From Opitutales bacterium (GTDB lineage Bacteria > Verrucomicrobiota > Verrucomicrobiia > Opitutales > PNEW01): 32,000 nucleotides of DNA. Both the position numbers and the translations under genes were made by a program. Shown here piece after piece: positions 7,825-16,733 of this stretch; within the stretch, counting starts at the first letter, position 1; each line of letters starts with the position of its first letter. The notes beneath the pieces are model-generated. The model did no database searches and was not told the DNA's origin. It was given only the letters and a program-made list of their open reading frames with translations. The stretch lies in contig CBDCNV010000002.1 in the NCBI GenBank assembly GCA_965219535.1, positions 840,001 through 872,000 of the forward strand, read 5' to 3'.

Positions 7825-9719
7825 AATCCCCCCTCTTGTTTATCCCGCCCTGCTTTTAAAAGTTTCATGCTCGTCGGATCTATAGCCTGAATATTTATTG
7901 CCTGACTGTAGGTGCCTTTTTGGCGCATAAGCTCATCATGTTTACCCATCTCAACGATACTTCCATGGTCGAGAACAATGATACGATCCGCGCGGCGCAA
8001 GGTGCTGAGACGATGAGCGACAATAAAGGTGGTTCTGCCTTGAATCGCATTTTCGATCGCTTCAAGTATTTCATGCTCGGTTTCCGGATCGACGGATGCG
8101 GTGGGATCATCGAGCAATAAAATGGCAGGTTCTAAGAGCAGCGCGCGGGCAATGGCCAAACGTTGTCGCTGGCCACCGGAAAGATTAACTCCGCTTTCAC
8201 TGATAACACTATCATAGCTATCGGGCATCTCTTCGATGAATTCGTGCGCGGCCGCGATTGTTGCCGCCTTAACGATTTGTTCCCGTGTCGCTTCAGGATA
8301 ACCAAAAGCGATGTTTGCAGCAATGGTATTGCTGAAGAGAAAACTCTCCTGAAAGACGAGGCCGATATTATGTCGAATATCTTCTAATCGCAGGTCTCTT
8401 AGATCGTGACCGTCAAGAAAAATGCGACCCTCGTTGGGATCATAAAAACGCGGGATTAAACTCATGAGTGCGCTTTTTCCAGATCCTGTAACTCCGGCAA
8501 TGGCAATGACTTCTCCGGGTGAAACCGAAAAATCGACATCATTTAAAACGACATTGGTTTCACGGTATTTGAAATGAACATGCTCGAATCGGATAGCGCC
8601 CCTGGCCTTTTCCAGGGGGTGAGGGTTTTCAGGTTGTAATACTTCTATCGGGGCATCGAGAATTTCAAAAACGCGGCGGGCCCCGGCTAAACTTTGTTGT
8701 ATACTGTCGACGATCCCGGCGAGGTTAGCTATCTGCCCGGAAAACTGCTGCAGGAGTCCGGCAAAGACGACAATCCCGGCGCCGATAGATAATTCTCCCT
8801 TCACGACAAGAAAACCACCATAGCCGAGAAGAATAACCAGATTGAACTGAGTGAGTAGTCCTACAAAAGGAGCGAAGATAGTTACATTGTTGAAGATTTT
8901 CTGTCTTTGTTTACGAACACGCAAGGTGGCCCGCTCAAATTTTTCAATACTGTCTTTTTCCAGGTTAAATCCTTTAATCGTGTTTATCCCTTGATTGTGT
9001 TCGACAAATGTCAGCACTAGATCGTCCATGAGGGTACGGTTTTCCATATAGAGAGGACGGGTTTTTTTAGAAAAAATTACCGATACAATCCAAAGAAGTG
9101 GTGTCGTCGCGAGGCATGCGAGGGTGAGCGGAACATGGATATTGAGCATATAGACGAGATAAACAACAAGGGAGAGAATCATGATGAAACTCTGGATAAA
9201 AACCCCGTCCATAAACCTGCGCAGAGCACCGACATCACTGGCTACCCGATTGATGATCGTTCCGCTGGCATTCGCGTCAAAAAAACGAAAGCTGAGCTTT
9301 TGCATTTTTTCGAATACCAGCGCTCGCAAGGTGGCCATGATGTCAACATAGATCAACTTTGACATTGATATCGTATAAAGATAATTTAAGCAGGAGCGAA
9401 AGAGAGCGAAACCGAGAATCGTAAGAGCGATTCCTAAAATAACGGATAGCGGCGCGATCTCGGCAGCAGGTTCGAGCCCAAAGGGCCAGAGTGGTGGATC
9501 CGTATCAGACAAAACCTGGTAGCGGAGGTAATCTATTCCTAATCCCGTGAGCCCTAATCCGCTCAGCCCCATGATGAGCATGATCAGCTGGTAGGTCAGG
9601 ACTTGAATACAACGAAATTTGTATTGCCAGCTGAACTTCAGCAGTCGAACCGTCAGCGCCCAATTCGACGTTTCGCTTGTCGCAGTATTTTGCTCAGTTA
9701 CGTTCATGAAAACGGGCAA
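7821..9719 (-). CDS. ABC exporter, fused permease/ATPase subunit (Asp-for-Glu Walker B, canonical signature)
   Basis: 632 aa. Walker A is GVTGSGKSA and the signature is LSGGQRQRLAIARAL. Walker B is ILLLDDPTASVD, so the catalytic Glu is replaced by Asp. Position 9719 is a TTG; an ATG at 9707 (MNVTEQ..) is the more likely start. Confidence 0.9.
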   Translation of the reverse strand: MPVFMNVTEQNTATSETSNWALTVRLLKFSWQYKFRCIQVLTYQLIMLIMGLSGLGLTGLGIDYLRYQVLSDTDPPLWPFGLEPAAEIAPLSVILGIALTILGFALFRSCLNYLYTISMSKLIYVDIMATLRALVFEKMQKLSFRFFDANASGTIINRVASDVGALRRFMDGVFIQSFIMILSLVVYLVYMLNIHVPLTLACLATTPLLWIVSVIFSKKTRPLYMENRTLMDDLVLTFVEHNQGINTIKGFNLEKDSIEKFERATLRVRKQRQKIFNNVTIFAPFVGLLTQFNLVILLGYGGFLVVKGELSIGAGIVVFAGLLQQFSGQIANLAGIVDSIQQSLAGARRVFEILDAPIEVLQPENPHPLEKARGAIRFEHVHFKYRETNVVLNDVDFSVSPGEVIAIAGVTGSGKSALMSLIPRFYDPNEGRIFLDGHDLRDLRLEDIRHNIGLVFQESFLFSNTIAANIAFGYPEATREQIVKAATIAAAHEFIEEMPDSYDSVISESGVNLSGGQRQRLAIARALLLEPAILLLDDPTASVDPETEHEILEAIENAIQGRTTFIVAHRLSTLRRADRIIVLDHGSIVEMGKHDELMRQKGTYSQAINIQAIDPTSMKLLKAGRDKQEGGL

Positions 9720-9913
9720 TGATTAACGATGCCCGTGTATTGGCTAACCGTTACTGCTTTATGCCGCAGAATAACCGATTAGTCGAGTTAAAGTTAATAA
9801 GTCTCAAAAATTTGTTGATGATGTTAATGTTAAATACTGGATCACTCTACCTGAGTTAATATTGCAGATGCAATTCACAGCAGGTCACTGTGTAAAATGA
9901 TGAATCATTAATG

Positions 9914-11200
9914 TTAAACCAACATTAAGGCGGGAGTCTCGAGGACGTCTCTGAGCGCCGACAGGTACTCGGCCCCTACCGCCCCGTCCACTGAGCGATG
10001 ATCGCCGCTAAAGCCAACTGTCATACATTGACCGACGATGATATTATCATCGTCATCAACGATGGGTTTTTTTACTATCGCGCCGACACTGAGAATGGCT
10101 GAGTTAGGGGGATTTATTATCGCGTGGAAACTGGTAATCCCGTACATCCCGAGGTTAGTTGTCGTAATCGTGCTTCCCGTCAATTCATTCGGCGAAAGTT
10201 TTCTATCTTTTGCTTTAACCGCAAGCGCTTTAACTTCAGAACTGATTTGACTCAAACTTTTAAGGTGGACATCACGAACAACCGGAGTAACGAGTCCGTC
10301 TTCCACCGCAATCGCCACCGCAATATGAACACCACTGTGCTGTTGAATCGACTTACCCATCCAGGACACATTCACTGCGGGCACTTGATGCATGGCTTTA
10401 GCACAAGCCTTTAAAAAAAAGTCATTAATCGTAAGTTTTATGCCGCCTTTATCGGGAGGTAAGTCATTTAGACTTTTATTAAGCGAGGCCCGCAGTTCAA
10501 GAAGTGGTGTCGCGTTAATTTCTATATCCAGGTAATAGTGGGGGATTGTCTTCTTGGACTCGAGAAGGCGTTTGGCGATAACTCCCCGCATATTTGAAAC
10601 GGGAACACTCTTTTCGTCCGCTATCGGCATCCCGGCAGCAGACTTTTGCGGTGGCGTACTGGAAAGCTCGCTTTCGGCAGTGCCTTTTTCCATTGCGGCG
10701 ATAACGTCAGCTTTCACGACACGGCCATCCGGGCCGGTTCCAATAATATTCTCGAGTGGAATTCCTTGGTCTGTGGCAATTTTTCGTGCGAGGGGAGAGG
10801 CTTTGATCCGATCGCCGGGCGCACTTTTTTCCGCGAGTGGAGTGGGGGTGACATCGATTGAAGTTGGAGCTTCCGTATCTTGTCCAGATCCGGTTAGGGA
10901 TTCAGGTTCCGGCTCAACGGGGCTAACGGGTGATCGCTTACCCGGCGAGGGCGGTTCTTCTCCCGCTTCTCCAATCGCGCAGATGGGGGCGCCGATTTCT
11001 ACCTCGTCACCTTCATTTACGTATTGAGCAATGAGCACACCATCGACGAAGCTCTCCAGCTCCATGGTGGCCTTGTCGGTTTCCACTTCAGCGATGATCT
11101 CTCCCTCTTCGACTTTTTCTCCCGTTTTTTTCAACCAACTAATTAATGTACCCACCGTCTGGGTATCACTCAGTTTTGGCATTTCAATGATCTCGGCCAT
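9914..11200 (-). CDS. pdhC: Dihydrolipoamide acetyltransferase (PDH E2)
   Basis: It has one lipoyl domain (VETDKATMELE), an Ala/Pro-rich linker, a peripheral-subunit-binding domain (ASPLARKIA..GTGPDGRVVKADV) and a catalytic domain with DHRSVDG. Confidence 0.93.
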   Translation of the reverse strand: MAEIIEMPKLSDTQTVGTLISWLKKTGEKVEEGEIIAEVETDKATMELESFVDGVLIAQYVNEGDEVEIGAPICAIGEAGEEPPSPGKRSPVSPVEPEPESLTGSGQDTEAPTSIDVTPTPLAEKSAPGDRIKASPLARKIATDQGIPLENIIGTGPDGRVVKADVIAAMEKGTAESELSSTPPQKSAAGMPIADEKSVPVSNMRGVIAKRLLESKKTIPHYYLDIEINATPLLELRASLNKSLNDLPPDKGGIKLTINDFFLKACAKAMHQVPAVNVSWMGKSIQQHSGVHIAVAIAVEDGLVTPVVRDVHLKSLSQISSEVKALAVKAKDRKLSPNELTGSTITTTNLGMYGITSFHAIINPPNSAILSVGAIVKKPIVDDDDNIIVGQCMTVGFSGDHRSVDGAVGAEYLSALRDVLETPALMLV

Positions 11201-11249
11201 GGGTGGAAAATCTGCAGACGGGATTATGAGATTGGTGAACGGTAATTTA

Positions 11250-12224
11250 TTATAAAATACTCAGAGCTGTTTGCACCACGCGTTGCGGGTAGGGAATTTG
11301 TTCTTTTTCCAATACCGGGCTATAAATCTGCGGTGCATCAACCGCTGAAATACGCTTAATCGGCGCATCGAGGTAGTCAAAGGCTTTATCCTGGATGATA
11401 TAGGCAATCTGGGCGTCAGTGCCGCAATAAGGTTTATTCTCTTCAACGAGAACAACGCGGTTAGTTTTTTTCACCGAATCACAGATCGTTTCTTCATCGA
11501 GCGGGCGTAGACTGCGGAGGTCCACCACTTCAGCGTCTATTTCGTATTCAGCTTCTAAAATCTCCGCGGCTTTTAAACAAGTAATGACCGCTCGTCCATG
11601 GGCGATAAAGGATATGTCGGAACCTTCTTTTTTAATATCGGCTTTGCCGAGCGGAATAAGATATTCTTCATCCGGGACCTCGCCGGTCATGCCATAGAGA
11701 AGCGTATTCTCCATGACACAGACGGGATCGTTGTCGCGAATTGCCGTTTTGAGGAGACCTTTAGCGTCATAGGGCGTAACTGGACAGACGACTTTTATCC
11801 CAGGCGTAGAGGCGGCGTAATTTTCCGGAGTATGAGAATGCGTTGCACCCACCCCGGTCCCGCCATTTGCCGGACCGCGGATAACCATAGGAACATTAAC
11901 TAATCCACCGGACATATAACGGATATTCGCGGCATTATTGAAAATCTGATCAAAGGCTACATAGGTGAAACTCCAGAACATGAATTCAATAACCGGGCGC
12001 AGCCCCATCATCGACGCTCCGATACCCAGTCCGGAAAACGCGGATTCACTGATCGGTGTGTCCAGCATCCGTTGTGAACCAAATTTATCGAGAAGACCCT
12101 TGGTCACTTTATAGGCGCCATTATACTCGGCCACCTCTTCCCCCATCATAAAGACGCGGTCATCGCGCGTCATCTCCTCATCCAGGGCGGCATTCAGGGC
12201 ATCGCGATAGTGAATAACAGGCAT
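11250..12224 (-). CDS. pdhB: Pyruvate dehydrogenase E1 beta subunit
   Basis: 324 aa with a transketolase-like pyrimidine-binding and C-terminal domain layout. Typical sequence includes RVFMMGEEV..YNGAYKVTKGL and DTPISE. It sits between E1alpha and E2. Confidence 0.93.
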   Translation of the reverse strand: MPVIHYRDALNAALDEEMTRDDRVFMMGEEVAEYNGAYKVTKGLLDKFGSQRMLDTPISESAFSGLGIGASMMGLRPVIEFMFWSFTYVAFDQIFNNAANIRYMSGGLVNVPMVIRGPANGGTGVGATHSHTPENYAASTPGIKVVCPVTPYDAKGLLKTAIRDNDPVCVMENTLLYGMTGEVPDEEYLIPLGKADIKKEGSDISFIAHGRAVITCLKAAEILEAEYEIDAEVVDLRSLRPLDEETICDSVKKTNRVVLVEENKPYCGTDAQIAYIIQDKAFDYLDAPIKRISAVDAPQIYSPVLEKEQIPYPQRVVQTALSIL

Positions 12225-12281
12225 GATTATATAAAAATATTAAGAGTGATCTGGTGTTACGGGTTTTGAGCAGACGTAAAT

Positions 12282-13364
12282 TTACTCAAAAAATATCGTG
12301 CCCTCGGAAGTATTGCTCTCCGGATGATCTTCTTCCCAATAGACATCACGGGTGAGTTCTTCAGTTGTGGGATTCGGGCTTTCATCGGCAAACTTCGCGG
12401 CATCTTCTGCTTCTTTATGCGTGACCTTATCTATATCTTTGGCCGTCTTTTCGTCGATTAGCTCTTCCTTCTCGAGCTGATTATAAAAAAGCGTAATCGG
12501 GTCTTTAGTCTTTCGGTAGTCTTCAATTTCACCCTTTGTTCGATAACTCAACCCGGTGTCAGAAACTGAATGCCCGCGGTAACGGTATGTGCTTATTTCT
12601 AATAAAGTGGGGCGGCTCTCCTCACGCGCTCGTTTCATCGCCGCTGCAATTTTTGTGCGCACTTCATAAAGGTGGTGACCGTTACACATGTCCCAATCCA
12701 TGTCTACGGTTTCAGCCCTTCGTGCCAGTGGCCTGCCGATGGAATGGCGCTCTAATTTGGTGCCCATCGAGTATCCATTATTTTCAATTATAAAGACGAC
12801 GGGGAGATCCCAGAGCGAGGCGAGATTCAGGGATTCGTAAAAGGTTCCCTGGTTAGTAGCGCCATCACCCAGGAAGCAGAGACAGCACCCTTTTATCTTT
12901 TGATATTTCAGCGCGAAGGCGATACCAGCACCGAGAGGCACTTGCCCGGCAACAATGCCGTGTCCGCCCCAGTAATTTTTATCAGGAGCGAAAAAATGCA
13001 TCGAACCCCCTTTGCCCTTCGAACAACCGGTGATTTTACCATAGAGCTCTGCCATACATTCATTCATCCCCATGTCCAGGGCGAGGGCGAATCCATGGTC
13101 ACGGTAAGCTGTGATCAGCTGGTCTTCTTTCCCCATCAGCGAAACGGCGCCTACGGCTATGGCTTCCTGGCCGGAATAGAGATGCAGAAATCCTGCAATT
13201 TTCCCCTGTTGATAAGAATGGAGTGAACGGTCCTCAAAGTGCCGTATGCGCAACATCTGGCGATAAAGTGCGACTTTCTCATCTGCCGTCAGACGAGTAT
13301 TGATTTCATCGCTCGCGTAAATAGAGACGTCGGGTTCTTCCAAAGATGCTGATGTTTTTTCCAT
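12282..13364 (-). CDS. pdhA: Pyruvate dehydrogenase E1 alpha subunit
   Basis: The ThDP-binding motif GDGATNQG...IIENNGY is present, along with GKGGSMH and YRYRGHSVSD. It is the first gene of the pdhABC cluster. No lpd (E3) gene is present in the window. Confidence 0.93.
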   Translation of the reverse strand: MEKTSASLEEPDVSIYASDEINTRLTADEKVALYRQMLRIRHFEDRSLHSYQQGKIAGFLHLYSGQEAIAVGAVSLMGKEDQLITAYRDHGFALALDMGMNECMAELYGKITGCSKGKGGSMHFFAPDKNYWGGHGIVAGQVPLGAGIAFALKYQKIKGCCLCFLGDGATNQGTFYESLNLASLWDLPVVFIIENNGYSMGTKLERHSIGRPLARRAETVDMDWDMCNGHHLYEVRTKIAAAMKRAREESRPTLLEISTYRYRGHSVSDTGLSYRTKGEIEDYRKTKDPITLFYNQLEKEELIDEKTAKDIDKVTHKEAEDAAKFADESPNPTTEELTRDVYWEEDHPESNTSEGTIFFE

Positions 13365-13428
13365 AAATGCCCAGATATTCTATTTTCGGCTATGTCGCCA
13401 AAAAGTAAAATGATAAGCGGGAAATAAA

Positions 13429-13451
13429 AAAAAGGCAAATAATGCCTTTTT
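13429..13451 (-). terminator. Putative intrinsic terminator after the dinB-Nudix unit
   Basis: The hairpin is AAAAAGGCA-aataa-TGCCTTTTT. On the minus-strand RNA the stem is followed by a U-run, the complement of the A-run at 13426-13433. It lies 24 nt downstream of the Nudix stop. The stem is short and A/U-rich, so support is only moderate. Confidence 0.45.
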
Positions 13452-13474
13452 AAAGAATATATAGCATGAACACT

Positions 13475-14011
13475 CTATTGCATTTCTTCAATATATATTT
13501 CCAGTTTCTCACCGGGGATACAGTTTGCCCGCATCGCGACAAAACGTTGTCGGTAATTGAAATAAATATCCCATAGGCTATTCCTGTCTGTTTCAGGAAC
13601 AGGTATTTCTTTAATCCTATCCGGTGCAAAAAACGAAAATTCGCCCTCTTCAATCGCGGCGGGTAAATCCTGGATGGGGCGATGGCAATCAAAGAGAAAC
13701 ATCAGCCAATGGCCGGTCCCTTCATAGCTCTTTTCGCTGATCATGGCAAAGAGATGGAGATCTTTTTCACTTACCTTAAGGCCTATTTCCTCGTGGGTTT
13801 CACGGATGGCGCATTCGAAAGGGCTCTCTCCTTGATCCATGTTGAGCTTGCCGCCGATTGGACTCCACAGTCCCTGATTAGGCATGCGATTACGTTGCAG
13901 CAAAAGTAATTGATCCTCATTATTGCGGATAAAGATGAGGGTGCTGATGCGAAAGGGAAGGGGTGCTGCCATCTCGCCTTTGCCTACAACAAGGATGGGG
14001 CCTGAAGGCAA
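13475..14011 (-). CDS. Nudix hydrolase
   Basis: The Nudix box is GGKLNMDQGESPFECAIRETHEEIGL (GX5EX7REUXEEXGU). Position 14011 is a TTG; the alternative ATG is at 13972. It lies 15 nt downstream of dinB on the same strand. Confidence 0.85.
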   Translation of the reverse strand: MPSGPILVVGKGEMAAPLPFRISTLIFIRNNEDQLLLLQRNRMPNQGLWSPIGGKLNMDQGESPFECAIRETHEEIGLKVSEKDLHLFAMISEKSYEGTGHWLMFLFDCHRPIQDLPAAIEEGEFSFFAPDRIKEIPVPETDRNSLWDIYFNYRQRFVAMRANCIPGEKLEIYIEEMQ

Positions 14012-14026
14012 GATCTTTTCATCGCT

Positions 14027-15397
14027 TTAAGCATTCCGCTCCAGAAAATGCGTTTTTCCCTCAACGGCGTACTTCATGGAGGCCTGCATGATGGTGTCGA
14101 GGCCAAAGCGGTTGTTGATTTTGTCCATCGCGAAGTACATCCGCGCTAACTTTTCGTCTTCGCGAAAAAAGAGTTCAAGCTGGTTGTTCGCATCCATTTC
14201 AATCGTATGTAGCCCAATACCGCGAATTTTATGCCCCTCCTGCAAAAACCGTGCAAGCAGCGGCTCAGCAATTTCCAGGCAGGCTTTCAGCACATAATCG
14301 TCCAAGTTTGTCCGCCCTTCGGTGGCGAAAGTAAAGGAGATTCCCTCCCAGGTGGTGTCCTGAATACGAATATACCCCCCATACTTCTCTGATTTCCGGT
14401 CATAGCCCCGCATCCGGTAGCACAATTGCCGGACGGCCTTGGCAATCTCTCCTCTCAGCCTCCAATTCTCGACTGTCCAGTTGGAAAAAGTGTGCATGTA
14501 GGTAATCTCCCGGGGGACGTGATCAGTTCTGTCCGTCACCTTCGCGCAATCCTTGCCACAGGCAGTTTCAAAAAGCATCTTGCCAAAGTAGGCCCCAAAA
14601 AGTTTCTGGAAAACTCCCGGTCCCCGTTTGAGGGCGTCGCAGATTGTTTCCACGCCCTCGTGCTTAAGTTTTTCGAAACGCCTGCGACCGATCCCCCAAA
14701 CTTCATTCAAGGAAAGCGGATAAAGAAACTGGGCCGCCTCTTCCGTATCCAATACCACCGCGAGCCCGTTTGGTTTCTGAAGATCGGAGGCGAGCTTGGA
14801 GTAGGTCTTTGAATAGGCGATTCCAACCGAGGCGGTTAGCTTTGTTTTGCGGTAGATTTCATTTTTCAGCCGTGTGCCGAAGTCGACGATCTCCCGGCGA
14901 TCGCGTTTGAGAAGAAAACTTACTTCAAGAAAATATTCGTCCATGGAGTAGGCCTCGATCTCATGGGCAAAGCCGTTCAACACCGCATTAATCTCCCGGG
15001 AAATTGCCTGATACTTCTCGTAATGGACTTGCAGAGGGACAATGTAGGGACAGATTTGAACGGCCTCATAGGCGCTCATCCCTGTCTTGATCCCGAATCT
15101 GCGCGCTTCATAACTGGAAGTAGCGACAATGCCTCGGGCAATTCCGTTTTCCTTGCGCCAGCCGCCGACAATCACGGGGATGCCATAAAGATTATAGCAT
15201 TGTTGCTCTACCTGGGCGTAAAAACAGTCCATGTCGATGTGAAGATAAAGCCGCTTGCGCTGATTGCCGGGATGCTGGTGATCAGAGGCAACCGTGTTGT
15301 AGAGAGTCATCCGATGGACGTTGCGATTTAAGTCATAGTCGCCCAAATAATGACGGGTGGTATAAAAATCTCGATTTTGGATCATTATTGCTTGCAC
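14027..15397 (-). CDS. dinB: Y-family DNA polymerase (Pol IV-like)
   Basis: LHIDMDCFYAQVEQ and SMDEYFLEV supply the catalytic Asp/Glu motifs, followed by a palm/fingers/little-finger-length protein. The start is ambiguous: GTG 15397, ATG 15385, or ATG 15310 (MTLYNTV..). Any of these leaves an unusually long N-terminal lead-in before the DMD motif. Confidence 0.88.
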   Translation of the reverse strand: MQAIMIQNRDFYTTRHYLGDYDLNRNVHRMTLYNTVASDHQHPGNQRKRLYLHIDMDCFYAQVEQQCYNLYGIPVIVGGWRKENGIARGIVATSSYEARRFGIKTGMSAYEAVQICPYIVPLQVHYEKYQAISREINAVLNGFAHEIEAYSMDEYFLEVSFLLKRDRREIVDFGTRLKNEIYRKTKLTASVGIAYSKTYSKLASDLQKPNGLAVVLDTEEAAQFLYPLSLNEVWGIGRRRFEKLKHEGVETICDALKRGPGVFQKLFGAYFGKMLFETACGKDCAKVTDRTDHVPREITYMHTFSNWTVENWRLRGEIAKAVRQLCYRMRGYDRKSEKYGGYIRIQDTTWEGISFTFATEGRTNLDDYVLKACLEIAEPLLARFLQEGHKIRGIGLHTIEMDANNQLELFFREDEKLARMYFAMDKINNRFGLDTIMQASMKYAVEGKTHFLERNA

Positions 15398-15405
15398 AAT
15401 TAATA

Positions 15406-15423
15406 AGTGAACATAAGTTCACT
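15406..15423. promoter_or_regulatory. LexA/Cheo-box-like operator AGTGAAC-ATAA-GTTCACT
   Basis: It has perfect 7-bp inverted arms with a GAAC-N4-GTTC core. It sits between divergent dinB and the small-ORF/SRAP unit. TATTAA hexamers flank it facing outward on each strand (+ strand 15423-15428; minus strand, complement of 15400-15405). Confidence 0.6.
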
Positions 15424-15439
15424 ATTAATAAGGTCAAGC

Positions 15440-15730
15440 ATGCACCATACGGAAGTGAGAAAAATTAACGTCACGGCCTTGTTTGCCGCTTTTAAAACCC
15501 ATGGTATCGTCCGGCGAATCACTCCGTTAAGCTTCACTCTCCTCACGGGGGAAGACTATGAGGTCGCGGTGGTCCGCAGAAGCTATACCGATAAAGTCGG
15601 CAATAGCCAACATGTGCACTTTGTCGTTCAAACGAGGGATCAACGCTATTTTGATATTGTCTTTGACGCCAAAAAAATGACCTGGTGGCTGGTTATCGAA
15701 ATAGAAGATCCGATGATCCTCCATGAATAA
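15440..15730 (+). CDS. Hypothetical small protein (96 aa), first gene of the putative SOS-regulated pair with SRAP
   Basis: The frame is open from GTG 15407, but that codon lies inside the palindromic operator. ATG 15440 (MHHTEVRK..) follows AAGG. I recognise no motif and see no TM segment. It is predicted beta-rich (HVHFVVQTRDQRYFDIVFDAKKMTWWLVIEIED). Confidence 0.5.
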   Translation: MHHTEVRKINVTALFAAFKTHGIVRRITPLSFTLLTGEDYEVAVVRRSYTDKVGNSQHVHFVVQTRDQRYFDIVFDAKKMTWWLVIEIEDPMILHE

Positions 15731-15796
15731 GGAGAGACGGTCTGAATGGCGAGTTGAGTCTGGACTTCATCCTGCCGGCCAGACACCATAACCACC

Positions 15797-16558
15797 ATGT
15801 GCGGACGCTACACCTTGACTGCGAAGCAGGAAGAGTTAGTGCAAAGATTTCTTCTCAAGCAGATAGCGGAAGAATTGATGAATGAGCTGAAGCCGAGCTA
15901 CAACATTGCCCCGAGCCAAAAAATGTTGGCGGTAAGGCAATCACCTGAGCACGGCGGGCGGGAATTGGCGGCGTTTAGCTGGGGACTTATCCCCTTTTGG
16001 GCTAAAGATCCAAAGATCGGTTACAAAACGATAAATGCCCGTTCCGAAACGGTGGCGGAAAAGCCGGCTTACCGTGCAGCGATAAAATCTCGACGCTGCC
16101 TCATCCCGGCGAGCGGTTTCTACGAGTGGCGGCGAGAGGAAAAGAGCCGACCTAAACAACCATTTTACGTTGCGATGGCTTCGGGCGACGTTTTTTCGAT
16201 GGCGGGGGTATGGGAATCCTGGAAAAGCCCGGAGGGGGCGGTCATTGTATCGTGCAGTATTCTCACCACCTCGGCTAATGAAATCATGGCCCCGGTTCAT
16301 CACCGTATGCCGGTGATCATTGACGAAGAAAACTATGATTGTTGGCTCGACCTTGAAGAAAAGAATCCGGAAAAGCTGAAGTCACTGTTTAAACCTTACG
16401 CGAGCAAGCAAATGATTTGCTATCCGATCTCGACACTAGTGAACAGCCCGAGAAATGAAGGGCCTGAACTCTTGCAGGAAATAGATCCTAAGGCGGGCCA
16501 ATTCAAAGAACCACCCCGCGATGAACTTTTTAATCGTCAGGGGGAAAGGGATGTATAA
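15797..16558 (+). CDS. SOS response-associated peptidase (SRAP; YedK/HMCES family, abasic-site processing protein)
   Basis: It begins MCGRYTL, carrying the invariant Cys2. Other family sequence includes SYNIAPSQ, TINARSET, CLIPASGFYEW and HHRMPVI. Confidence 0.9.
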   Translation: MCGRYTLTAKQEELVQRFLLKQIAEELMNELKPSYNIAPSQKMLAVRQSPEHGGRELAAFSWGLIPFWAKDPKIGYKTINARSETVAEKPAYRAAIKSRRCLIPASGFYEWRREEKSRPKQPFYVAMASGDVFSMAGVWESWKSPEGAVIVSCSILTTSANEIMAPVHHRMPVIIDEENYDCWLDLEEKNPEKLKSLFKPYASKQMICYPISTLVNSPRNEGPELLQEIDPKAGQFKEPPRDELFNRQGERDV

Positions 16559-16733
16559 ATTCGCTTATCACGCATTGACATGCAGCTTCATTTGGTTCAA
16601 TAAGACACTTCCGTTGTTGAATTTATAAGTACTGCTGAACACAAAAAATAACCGAATTAGAAAACTCTTTCACCGGGGAACGCGAATACACCCGTGGGGC
16701 GTAAAAAAGAACTTCATTAGATAGGAATCCAAG

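Noticed and set aside
9908-9928. Hairpin TTAATGTT-aaacc-AACATTAA overlapping the pdhC stop codon, considered as a terminator
   Set aside because: The stem is almost entirely A/T with a single G:C pair, and the trailing U-tract is interrupted. It is too weak to call.
10554-11027. 157-aa plus-strand ORF antisense to pdhC. Similar antisense ORFs occur at 14426-14812, 14963-15331, 15941-16303 and 29563-29926.
   Set aside because: All are embedded opposite well-supported genes. Their products are low-complexity or Ser/Arg/Pro-rich, as is typical of shadow ORFs.
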